Source of the DNA: Octopus sinensis
Taxonomy: Eukaryota
Reading direction: 5' to 3'
Assembly (NCBI RefSeq): GCF_006345805.1
Contig: NC_043000.1
Span: 111,848,001-111,912,000 of the forward strand
DNA length: 64,000 nucleotides
Below the pieces are notes generated by a model. The model was not told the DNA's origin and searched no databases. It saw nothing but the letters and a program-made list of their open reading frames with translations. A program made the position numbers and the translations under genes. Below, one piece after another: positions 12,747 to 23,880 of the stretch (its first letter is position 1; each line of letters starts with the position of its first letter).

Positions 12747-13872
12747 CGCTTCTTTCAGTTTCCGTCTACCAAATCCACTCACAAGGGTTTGGTCGGCCCG
12801 AGGCTATAGTAGAAGACACTTGCCCTAGGTTCCACACAGTGGGACTGAACTCAGAACCATGTGGTTGGGAAGCAAGTTTCCTACCACACAGTATTTTTTT
12901 TTCCTATTAACAATACAACAGAGATTTGGTCTGTAGTGTCCCCTCAAATGGTAGAAAAATGACTGAGCACCTCTGGATTAATCAAAAGGGAAAGGACTTT
13001 TTGTAAGGCTTGTGAGATTGAAGGGAAACATCAGAGAAGACCCTAATCTCATAGTAAGGACCTGATCTAAATGCTTAACGCCCAACACTGTTTCAAGCAC
13101 CTGAGACTAGGTGCAAGCATTATACCTGGTGACAGATTACTCAACCAGTTAGTAAGTATTTCCTGGCCAATTGCCAGATATTTACACACAACTATTTTGT
13201 CTCTTATTGGTGGAATGGTCTATATTCCTGCTGTAAAGTGTTCTACGCATCTGTTCAAGTGATATTCCTTCCTGTCTTGTGACTGTTCTGCCATTCTCAC
13301 CTGTAATTAATCTGTCAGCTATTGAAACCTTACCTGGCTCACTGTCAGGAAGTGACATAAACAACTATTTCACCTCGTCTTGTGTTGCTTCTGCTACAAA
13401 ATTTGGTTTGGGTGGCCAACTGCTTAAGATTTCTTTACACACACACAGAAATATGTATGTGTGTGTGTTTATATATAATATATTATTATCTTTATGTTTT
13501 CTCCCAGTTTACTTACACCTATAAATCAACTTGGTGTTTCTACAACTCCTGACTCACTCTTATGTATTTCTTCTTCTTTTCTGTCTTCTATTTACCATTT
13601 TAATTCCAACATATTCTTCACTGCACCTTCTTGCATAAGCCTGAGCTTATTCTATACAGTGCTCAGCTGCACTAAAAGAGGGAGGTCAGGAAGCAGCAAT
13701 AAATCAAAGAAAGACAGCAATGAAAGCCAAAAGTATATTCACAGGACACAATGAAAGACAAAAGTGAACAGGTCCTTCGTCTCTCTCTTATTTGGAGCTT
13801 CTTGTCTCTCACTTTCAATGACTAACATGGAATTATCTGTTCCACTGACTGATATAGAACTAATCTACCAGG

Positions 13873-14118
13873 TACATTATTTACATTTGATGGATATTTG
13901 TCCTCATCTTGTTTGTTGTTAACACAATGTTTCGGCTGATATACCCTCCAGCCTTCATCAGGTGTCTTGGGGAAATTTCAAACCTGAGTTCTCATTCCTA
14001 AGTTATTTTTCAATGTTGTTATCATTATTATTATTATTCAGATCACTGCTTGGAATCAAAGTTGGAATCTTGGTGTTAGTAGCCCGCGCTCTTAACCACT
14101 ACACTATATTCCCTTGGG
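13873..14118 (-). mobile_element. tRNA-derived SINE with hammerhead-containing 3' part (family E)
   Basis: Minus strand reads cccaagggaatatAGTGTAGTGGTTAagagcgcgggctactaacaccaagattccaactttgattcc (A box, degenerate B box), an (AAT)n spacer, the HHR, then the tail caaacaagatgaggacaaatat...aatgtac. Other copies at 12145-12272 and 26599-26651. Confidence 0.75.
13921..13966 (-). ncRNA. Minimal type I hammerhead ribozyme in SINE family E (one stem III mismatch in this copy)
   Basis: GACAC-CTGATGA-A-GGCTG-gagggtatat-CAGCC-GAAAC-ATT-GTGTT. The 12145 copy has GAAACGTT, which restores the palindromic ACGT stem III. Confidence 0.72.
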
Positions 14119-14737
14119 TGTATCAACCAAAATGTTGTGTTGACAACAAACAAGATGAGGACAAATATCTGTCAAATTTAAATAATGTAAATAATGTACA
14201 TAGTTCCTCCTCTTCCTCCTCATCATCATTTAACATCCGCTTTCCATGCTAGCATGGGTTGAACGATTTGACTGAGGAGGAACTATGTACATTATTTACA
14301 TTATTTAAATGTAAAAAAAAACAAAAACAGGATGTTCATAACTGGAATGCGCTTTGTCACATGACTATATCCGGCTGTAGAAACTCTGCCAGATCAAGAT
14401 TGGAGTCTGAACCAGATGGCTGCACCAGACTCCAATCTTGATCTGGCAGAGTTTCTACAGCCGGATGCCCTTCCTAATGCCAACCACTCTGAGAGTGTAG
14501 TGGGTGCTTTTATGTGCCACCGGCATGAGGGCCAGTTAGGCGGTCCTGGCAATGGCCACGCTCAAATGGTGCTTCTTTTTGTGCCACCTGCACAGGAGCC
14601 AGTCCTCATCTCTTAAATATAGAACTGTATAATCTACCAGGGTTAACCCCAATATTGTTTGTATTTTGGGGCAGTTTTTTATACTCTTTTTTGAGCCCTA
14701 GGACTCATAAGCCTGGTTACATCATTTTCATGTCATA

Positions 14738-14959
14738 TACGAGGGGTGGGGCCTCAAAAATTCTTGGCTTTAATGATATAGCAAAAGACCTGGTTGAAGG
14801 CTCAACCTTTCGAGTTCCTTTACAGGTTTTAGAAAAACTTAAGGACCATTGCAATAATTGTGTAAGTCTGAGATGGGAATATATTGAATAAAACTGTAAT
14901 TAACTGATCCTTCTGTATTTTCTTTTACCCAAAGCCAGGAACTTTTCAGCACCCTCATG
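14738..14959 (+). mobile_element. Short mariner derivative (3' end and right TIR)
   Basis: tacgaggggtg start, KLKDHCNNCVSLRWEYIE* transposase C-terminus, gccaggaacttttcagcaccctcat end. Confidence 0.65.
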
Positions 14960-16469
14960 TGTAAATGACTAAGATGCTAACATTAACCCCTGAACAGGAT
15001 GCGAATGCATTGCAGAGTCCAAGACCAACAATTTGGTGGTGGGTGGGGATCAATCTAGCATTAATAGTCACAGCAAGGAAAAGCGCATTTGATACTGTAA
15101 TCCTAGATATACTATGCCTGTATACAAAAAAAAAAACAAAAACAGGATGTTCATAACTGGAATGCGCTTTGTCACATGACTACTCTGTCTCAACTGACCT
15201 GAGACTCCACATCAACAACTAACATACAAATGAAGACTGGTCAGTGAAGGAAGTTCAACCTACCAAGACGGCCAGACTAAAACTATTTATGTAGCCAAAA
15301 CCTGTATGTCTGGACACAACAGAACCACTTCAATGGGACAGATTTTATTTGTAAATTTCAGTGGGGTTATTTGACCAACCCTTATACATGCTGTAGGTCT
15401 GAGCTCTATTGGATCAAGATTGATCCAGTGACATCCGACAACTAAAACAATATAAACCACTGTACATCAGGATGCACTCTGAGACCCTCTTCTAGGAACA
15501 GATATGGTCGCACAGGAGAATCCCAGGGTTGTTAGTTTGTTAATCCTTATTCTGATTGCTCTGTTCCCATTCACCTCTACTCCCCTCAATCTTTGAGGAG
15601 TTACCTGGACACCTCATCACTACTGTTTATATTCATCTCTTTTCTTCTCCCATTGACCAGTCTCACCATCTCTTCTAAATATGAGTTGTTATGTAGGTCC
15701 ATGACAGCAAGATCCTACTCTGTCTCAACCCCCTCGTCTCATTGCATAAAATCGCCCCTCCACCCTGCTGCCTCAAGTTTCAAAGTCTTGTGAGCTGCAT
15801 AGCAACCACACTAGTGCCAATGGCATAGAAAATTCACCCAGCCCACTCTGTAAAGTGGTTGGCATCAGGAAGGGAATCCAGCCATAAAAACCATGCCAAA
15901 GAAGGCAGTGGAACACAATGCCTATCCTTGGACCCATTGAATCCTGTCGAACTGTCCAACCCATGCCAGCATGGAGTTTGGACATTAGAAGATGGCAATG
16001 ATGATGTCATAAGTATGAACTCTGTTGAATCAGGACTGACACAGGGTTATACACAATAGCAATGTAAATCACTGTATGTCAGGGTGTTGAGACCCATTGG
16101 GTCAAGAATGACCCTGGCCTTACACAACAACAATTACAACTTGTTTGACCACAATAACAACACCTACAGTCACAGTGACAGTGGCCAAAACAACAAAAAC
16201 AATAAAAGACAAGAACAGTGTTGGTGTGTGTGTGTGTGAGTTTTTATATAGGTTACTGGAACATCAAACTGTGTACGTGTGTAGGTGCACATTTCTATAT
16301 GTATGGTTTTCAAAAGCTTAAAACTTATTTCACTGGCTGTGGCAGTGGTGGTGGTGGTGGTAATTATAATAGTTATGATGGTGATAGTGGTGATGATGAT
16401 GATAGTGTACATTGTCATACAGTGGTTTATTGAGTCAAGTAAATCAAAATCAAGTCAAATTAGAATCAA

Positions 16470-17290
16470 ATGGAAGTTGTACTTATGCCCAATGCCAGCG
16501 CCGCCTGACTGGCTCCCATGCTGGTGACATGCAATAAGCACCATTCATGCATGGGTCATTGCCAGTTCCACCTGACTAGCTCCCCGTGTCGGTGGCACGT
16601 AAAAAGCATCATCCGAATATGGTCGATGCCAGCCCCCTCGCCCTGACTGGCACCTGTGCCGATGGCACTTAAAAAGCTCCATCCGAACGTGGCCGATCCC
16701 AGTGTTGCCTGACTGGCTCCCATGCTGGTGGCATGTAAAAAGCACCCGCTACACTCTGAGTTGTTAGCAGAGTGATCTCAAGCCAAGTGAGATCAATCGT
16801 GGCCGATGCCAGTGTCATTTAACTGACCCATTAAAAGCACCCTTCAATCACTGGGCGATGCTGTGCTTGTAAAGACCTATTGAATAAAGTGAAATTGTAT
16901 TCGTGGCTGAATACCAGCGCTGTCTGACTGGCACTCATGCTGGTGGCACGTAAAAAGCACCTTCCATGCATTGGGCCTCATGAAGGCAGTGACGTCAAGC
17001 CGAGTGAGCTCATAACTGATGCCAGTGTCACATAACCGACCTCTTTAAAAGTACCCTTCAATTGTTCAGCGATATGCTGTGCTTGGGAAGACCTCTCAAA
17101 CTGAGGGAAATCGTAGTCATGATCGATGCCAGTGCTGTCTGACTGGCACATAAAAACCACCATTTGGACACTGGGTCTCATGGAGGCAGAGACAGGTGAC
17201 CAAGTCCTTTGGCGATATACCATGCTTGTGTTCATCTGTCAAGCCAGCATAGTTGCTGGTATCAAGTTAAACGATGATGATGATGATGAT
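16470..17290 (+). repeat. Expanded run of family C (RTE 3' UTR) internal modules
   Basis: Many copies of gccagt...ctgactggc...tgctggtggcacgtaaaaagcacc ending in (GAT)n. Ordinary family C copies occur at about 1035, 6715, 8690, 14213, 21530, 22535, 24585, 36890, 53860, 57310 and 61705. Confidence 0.8.
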
Positions 17291-17349
17291 GATGATATAC
17301 ACACACACATACATTATCCGAAGTGTAGAATCTTATATATCTGTTACGT

Positions 17350-17438
17350 CCAGTCTTACCAATCAGTTTCGCACTAGGGAGTCAAGTGAGTGTTAAGTAA
17401 CAATCTGATTATGTAACCCTATGCTCATCAGAGGTAGC
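17350..17438 (-). ncRNA. Candidate degenerate hammerhead ribozyme
   Basis: CTGATGA-[GCATAGGG...CCCTAGTGC]-GAAAC-TGATTG-GTA. Core, stem II and stem III form; stem I is only 2 bp. Confidence 0.45.
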
Positions 17439-18954
17439 TGATATGGAATAAAATACCAAACACTCCGCTGAAATCCTAGCACAAAACCAATTGATAAGAT
17501 TGGCTGTAATGGATATGTGATACTGTACATTTCAGATGATATACCCTCTCTACACACAGATATAAGAGTTCATTTCTTCCCTGACTTATGGACTCTTAGA
17601 CTTACATGTGTGTGTGTGTGTGTGCATAAATAGAAAGGCATCTTATCTTTTACTTGTTTGAGTCATTAGACTGTGGCCATACTGGAGCACTGGAGTTGAA
17701 TGAATTGACCCCAGTACTTAATGTTTTTGCTAAGCCAATGACACATGAAAATCAACATTTGATCATGGTCGTTCTCAGTGCTGCTTAGACTGGTCCCCGT
17801 GTTGGTAGCACGTAAAAAACACCTTTTGAACATGGTCATTGCCAGAACTGCCTGACTGGCCCTCATGCCAGTGGCACGTAAAAGCACCCACTACACTCTC
17901 AGAGTGGTTGGCGTTAGGAAGGGCATCCAGCTGTTGAAACTTTGCTAGATCAGATTGAGTCTGGTGCAGCCTTCTGGTTCACCAGTCCTCAGTCAAACCA
18001 TCCAACTCATGCTATATGATAGGCTTCTTCCAGTTTCCCTCTACTGAATCCACTGACAAGGATTTTGTTGGCCCGAGGCCGTAGAAGACCCTTGCCCAAG
18101 GTGTTACACTGCAGGACTGAAACCAGAACCTTGTGCTTGGAAAGCAAGCCTCTTATCACACAGCCACACCTGTGCCTATATATCTATATACACATGCCAA
18201 CACACACACACACATATATATATAATATACACATGCAGTTGTGGCAGATACCAGTGTCATGCAAATGGTACCCGTGCCGGTGACATGCAAAAGCACCCAT
18301 TACACTCTCGGAGTGGTTGACGTTGGGAATGGTATCCAGCCATTGAAACCATGCCAAAACAGATTGGATTCTGGTGCAGCCTTCCAGTTTACCAGCCCTG
18401 GTCAAACTGTCCAACCCATGCCAGCATGGACAATGGATGTTAAATGATGATGATACATACACACAATATATATATTTACCGATAAATATCTTGTGAGTGA
18501 ATTTGATAGGTGTAGGCATGGCTGTGTAGTAAGAATTTTGCTTCCTAACCAAATGGTTCTGGGTTCAGTTCTGCTGTGTGTCACCTTGAGCAAATGTCTT
18601 CAACTGTAGCCTCAAGCTGTCCAAATCCTTGTGAGATTTTGATAGAGCCTCAGAGAAGCCCATCGTGTGTGTGTGTGTGTACCTCGACCACCGCTGCTTG
18701 ACAACTGCTGTTGGTGTCCCCATAATTTGGCAGTTTCACAAAACAGAATGTCAGGCTTAAAAAAAAACTAAGTACTGGGGTTGATTTGTTCAACTAAATT
18801 TCTTCAAAAAGATGCCCCAGCATGGCCACAATCTAATGACTAAAACACGTAAAAGATATACATCACAATCATCATCATCGCCACCATTATCATAAATTGA
18901 GAGAGTTGTTACCTCTGTTGGTTATGAAAGGTTTCTCTCTCCGAATGAAAGGAA

Positions 18955-19672
18955 GATTTATGATGCATGTATACAGGTAACAATCCTACATGGTAGTGGG
19001 ACGTGTGCCCTGAATGCAGGAGGTATTTAAGATCTGGAGAGAAATGAGGCTGGCATGGTCTGCTGGATGTGTAATGTAAGTGTACATGTTTGACAAGGTG
19101 CTTGTGTTTTGAGAGAGAAGTTAGGCATGAGAGGAATTGGTTGTTGTGTGCAAGAGTGAAGACTGTGCTGGTTTGGTCATGTGATGCAGATTGATGCTGA
19201 CAGCTCTATAAAGAAGTGCTGATCTTTCAAAGTAGACGGAACATGTGGAAGAGAGAGACCCAGGAAGACATGGGACAAAATACTGAAGGACGACCTCAAG
19301 ATACTGAATCTTTTAAATGAGATGACAAAGGACCAAGATACCTGAAACCTTACTGTACTCAAGAAGACCCATCCTCAGAAGTGTCAAGACTACTCCTCCT
19401 GGTGAAGAGGATTAGCCTGCGAAAGTCCTGTGCTGGTGCTATGGAAAAAGCTCACATGCCAGTGTCACAGAAGAGCACTCAAGCAGTGGCACATACAAAG
19501 CACCCAGCACACTTTGTAAAGTTGTTGATGTTAGGAAGAGCATGGAGCTGTAGAAACCATTCCCAAACAGACAATTGGAGCCTGATGCAGTTCTGCAGCT
19601 GACCAACTCGTGTCAAATCATCCAACCCATGCCAGCATGGAAAATGGACACTAAAGGATGATGATGATGATG
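18955..19672 (+). mobile_element. Degenerate RTE 3' fragment
   Basis: Decayed ...LHGSGTCAL...RNEAGMVCWMCNV...GRERPRKTWDK coding remnant followed by the family C 3' UTR and (GAT)n. Confidence 0.75.
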
Positions 19673-19794
19673 AGATACACACACACACATGCATACTTTT
19701 CTTTGCAAAGGAATCCTGTGCAGAAACCTCTAATTCAAACCACTGCATATATGCTGCAAGGCCTATATCCATACATACGTGTGTGTGTGTGTGT

Positions 19795-20240
19795 GTTAGT
19801 ATAGTGAAAGGAAGATTATATGATGCTTGAATACAAACAGCAATGCTACATGGTGGTGAAATGTGGGCCATGAATGCTGAGTTTGAGTGAAATCCAGAGA
19901 AAAACAAGGCTAGCATTCTCCACTGGATGTGCAATATGAGTGTGCCACATGCATATACAACAAATGTGCTGAGAGAAAGACTGGGCATAAAAGAGGCATC
20001 AGATCTCGTCTGGAGGAGAGAAGTATGCACTGGTTTGGTCATGTGATGAACATGGATGGAAACAGCTGCATAAAAAAGTGCCAGTCACTAAAAGTGGATT
20101 GAACTTGTGAAAGAGGAAGATATAGGATGAAATAGTGAAGAATGACTTCCAGATGTTGGCTTTCATGGAGGAGATGACTAAGGACTGAGATGGTCGCTGA
20201 TTTGCTGTAATTGAGATGACCCATCCATCTAAGCAAAAAT
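19795..20240 (+). mobile_element. Degenerate RTE RT C-terminal fragment
   Basis: tatgatgcttg...atgctacatggtggtgaaatgtgggcc...ggtttggtcatgtgatg matches 28800-29230. Confidence 0.7.
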
Positions 20241-21490
20241 GAAATCCTTAAAGCAAAAGCATATTACTTTATGTCTGATCCCCCAGACCCAATCTATCCC
20301 TGAAAAATTTCCCTACGCCTTCCCTCCATCACTTTTCTAACTACAGCTTTAGTCACTCATCTGCTGTACTTATATAAGAGTGGAACTGCACATATTTGAT
20401 CCTCAACCTTTTCGTACTCCCACTCACCCCCACCCTGGAACCACTACCTTTGTCTCCCACATTCTCAGTTTCATCTTGTACCTATTTCTTTACTACCCAC
20501 AAGGAGCTAAACACAGAGGGGACAAACAAGGACAGACATAGGTAGAAAGTCGATTACATCGACCCCAGTGCCTAACTGGTACTTAATTTATCGACCCCGA
20601 AAGGATGAAAAGCAAAGTCGACCTCGGTGGAATTTGAACTCAGAACGTAACGGCAGATGAAATACGGCTATGCATTTTGCCCAGCATGCTAACGTTTCTG
20701 CCAGCTCACCGCCTTTTCATCTTGTCTCAGTTTCATCTTGTACCACCTTATTTTCTACTGAATACCCCTTTCACTTCACCTTCCTTCTGTACTCACCCCT
20801 CATTTTACCAACAGTAGCTCTCTCCCTATTACCTCTATTCATCTCATCCTATTTCCCCCCTTATGTACCTCTAACTTTATCCCCAGCACTGTACATCTCT
20901 CTCACACCCTCACATTATCTTTGCTTCTGCCTGTTTCCTCTCTGACCCACAGTTACTTGCTCCACCTTCCCTTCACAATTAACCACACCTCCACCATATT
21001 CACCAATCACCGCATTTCCTTTTGTCCCCACCTCCATCCATTTGCCACTCCCCATTTACACTCTCACCTTCCTATACCACTTATATTCTTTTCCTTGTAT
21101 CTTGAGGTTATACCTTGACTCTTCTTCTTCTTCGCCATCATTTCTCCTTTTCCAGCTGGGGTAACCATGCCTCTTCCCAACAGCAACATGCTTGTTCTTG
21201 TCTCTTTATCATACTACTTTAACCTCTCATCACCTGGCATAGATCCTACAGCATGGTGGTGGTGAGGAGAGGTCTTTATCTCGCGCAGTACTTGGTGACC
21301 TCACTGGTGGTCAGTATCAGGTAAAAACCACCCAGTCCACTCTGTAAAGTGGTTGGCATTAAGAAGGATATTAAGTCATAGAAATCATGTCAAAGCAGAT
21401 ATTGGAACTTGGTATGGTCCTCTGACTTGTTAACTTCTGGGGAACCATCTAACCCATGCCAGCATGAAAAATCCACATTAAGCAATGATA

Positions 21491-21521
<31 letters not shown>

Positions 21522-23649
21522 AATTCGAGTGAGGTCATTGCCAGTGCCACCGGACTGGCTCCTGTGCAGGTGGCACATAAAAAACACCATTTGAGCGTGG
21601 CCGTTGCCAGTACCGCCTGACAGGCCCTTGTGCCGGTGGCATGTAAAAGTACCCACTACACTTTCGGAGTGGTTGGCATTAGGAAGGGCATCCAGCTGTA
21701 GAAACTCTGCCAGATCAAGATTGGAGCCTGGTGCAGCCATCTGGTTCGCCAGTCCTCAGTCAAATTGTCCAACCCATGCTAGCATGGAAAGCGGATGTTA
21801 AACGATGATGATGATATCAGTGCCAAACAATGCTAGTGCCGCCTGACTGGCATCTGTACTGGTGACATGTAAAAAGCACCATTCGAGCCTGGCCGATGCC
21901 AGTGCCACCTGACTGGCTCCCGTGCTAGTGGTACATAAAATGCACCCACTGCATTCTCGTAGTGGCTGGCATCAGGAAGAGCATCCAACTGTAGAAACCT
22001 TGCCAGATCAGTTTGGAGCCTGGTGCAGCCTCCCAGTTTGCCAGTTCTCAATCAAACCATCCAATCCATGAAAAGCATGGAAAGCAGACATTAAACAAAG
22101 ACGATGATGATGATGATATATATGTGTATGTATGTATGTATGTGTGTATATATATTTTATCTTTTACTTGTTTCAGTAATTAGACTGCTGCCATGCTGGA
22201 GCACTGCCTTAAATCTTCAGTCAACCCCTGTACTTATTTTTTAAACCCGGTACTTATTCTGTCAGTCTCTTTTGCCAAACTGCTAAGTTATGGGGATGCA
22301 AACACACAAACATCAGTTGTCAAGCTGTGATGGAGGGGGATAAACACTGAGAGAAACACACACACACACACATATGATGGGCTTCTTTCAGTTTCCGTTT
22401 ACCAAATTCACTCACAGGTTGGCCCAAGGCTATAGTAAAAAACATTTGCTCCAGGTAGCATACAGTGGGAGTGAACCTAGAACCATTTGGTTGAGAAGCA
22501 AGCTACTTACCACACAGCTACTCCTGCACTTATATCATCATCATTTAACGTCCGTTTTCCATGCTAGCGTGGGTTGGACGGTTCGACCGGGGTCTGGGAA
22601 GCCAGGAGGTTGCACCAGGCTCCAATCTTGATCTGGCAGTGTTTCTACAGCTGGATGCCCTTCCTAACACCAACCACTCCGTGAGTGTAGTGGGTGCTTT
22701 TTACATGCCACCAGCACAGGTGCCAGGGGAGGCTGGCAACGGCCACAATCGGTTGGTGCTTTTTACGTGCCACTGGCACGGAAGCCAGTCATGGCAGTGC
22801 TGGCATCGGCCACATACAGATGGTGCATTTTACGTGCCACCAGCACAGGGATCACAACTACAATTTCCATTTGATTTTTTGATGTTGATGGTGATGTACT
22901 TGACTCAATAGGTCTTCTCAAGCACAGCAGGTCGCCCTACAATCCAAGTATATATATATATATCATCATCATCCTCGCTTAATGTTTGCCTTCCATACTG
23001 GCATAGGTAGGATGGTTTGACAGGAGCCAGTCAGGAAGAAGCCTGCACCTGAATTCTGTAACTGTTTTGGTAGGATTTTTACAGCTGATTGCCCTTCCCA
23101 ACACCAACCACTTTACATTGTGGATTGGGTGCTTTTATGTGGCACCTGCACTGACAGGGTCACCAAGTACCTTGCAAGACAGAAAAAAATCTTTTGAGAG
23201 GGGAGGGAGAATTAGAGGAGGTGATCTTGTGTCGGATGATGAAAGGTTATAGAGAGACAGAGACAGAAACAGGTGTCTTGCTGTAGAAGAAGAACAAGGT
23301 TAGCCAGCCAGAGGAGAGAGAGAGAGAGATCAGGAACGAAAGACAGAAACAGGTACGCTACCACAAAGGAGAAACATGGTTACCTAACCTGAGGGAAGAG
23401 CAGGAGAAGGAGAGAGAGAGAGTGGGAGGTAGTAGGATAGGATAGAGATGGTGGCAAAGTGTCAGGCATACTCACACTGGTTAGGGATCAGATTATCAAT
23501 GGGATGATTGAGTAAAGGAGGAGAGAGAGATATAGATGGTGGCAAGTGCTAGGGCATGCCCTTGAGGTTCAAAGGTCATAGTATAAGTGGCAGGATATTG
23601 CAAACGAAGCATGTTTAGAGAGTGCAGAGATGTGGGGGTTACTGGATAG

Positions 23650-23880
23650 GCGAGCTAGCAGAATCGTTAGCATGCCGGGTGAAATGCTTAGCGGTATTTC
23701 ATCTGCTGTTACGTTCTGAGTTCAAATTCCGCCGAGGTCAACTTTGCCTTTCATCCTTTTGGGTTCGATTAAATAAGTACCAGTTACACACTGAGGTTGA
23801 TATAATTGACTTAATCTGTTTGTCTGTCCTTGTTTGTCCTCTCTGTGTTTAGCCCCTTGTGGGTAGTAAAGAAATAGGTT
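23650..23880 (+). mobile_element. tRNA-derived SINE family B
   Basis: ggcgagctagcagaatcgttagc...gagttcaaattcc...cctttcatccttttggggtcgattaaataagtaccag. Other copies near 590-835(-), 1395-1615, 20480-20715(-), 31030-31235(-), 48650-49200, 55915-56145, 59760-60160. Confidence 0.85.

Noticed and set aside
14045-14118. tRNA genes (also SINE heads at 3208, 9177, 23650, 49425)
   Set aside because: Acceptor stems are incomplete, B boxes degenerate and each continues into a repeated SINE body.
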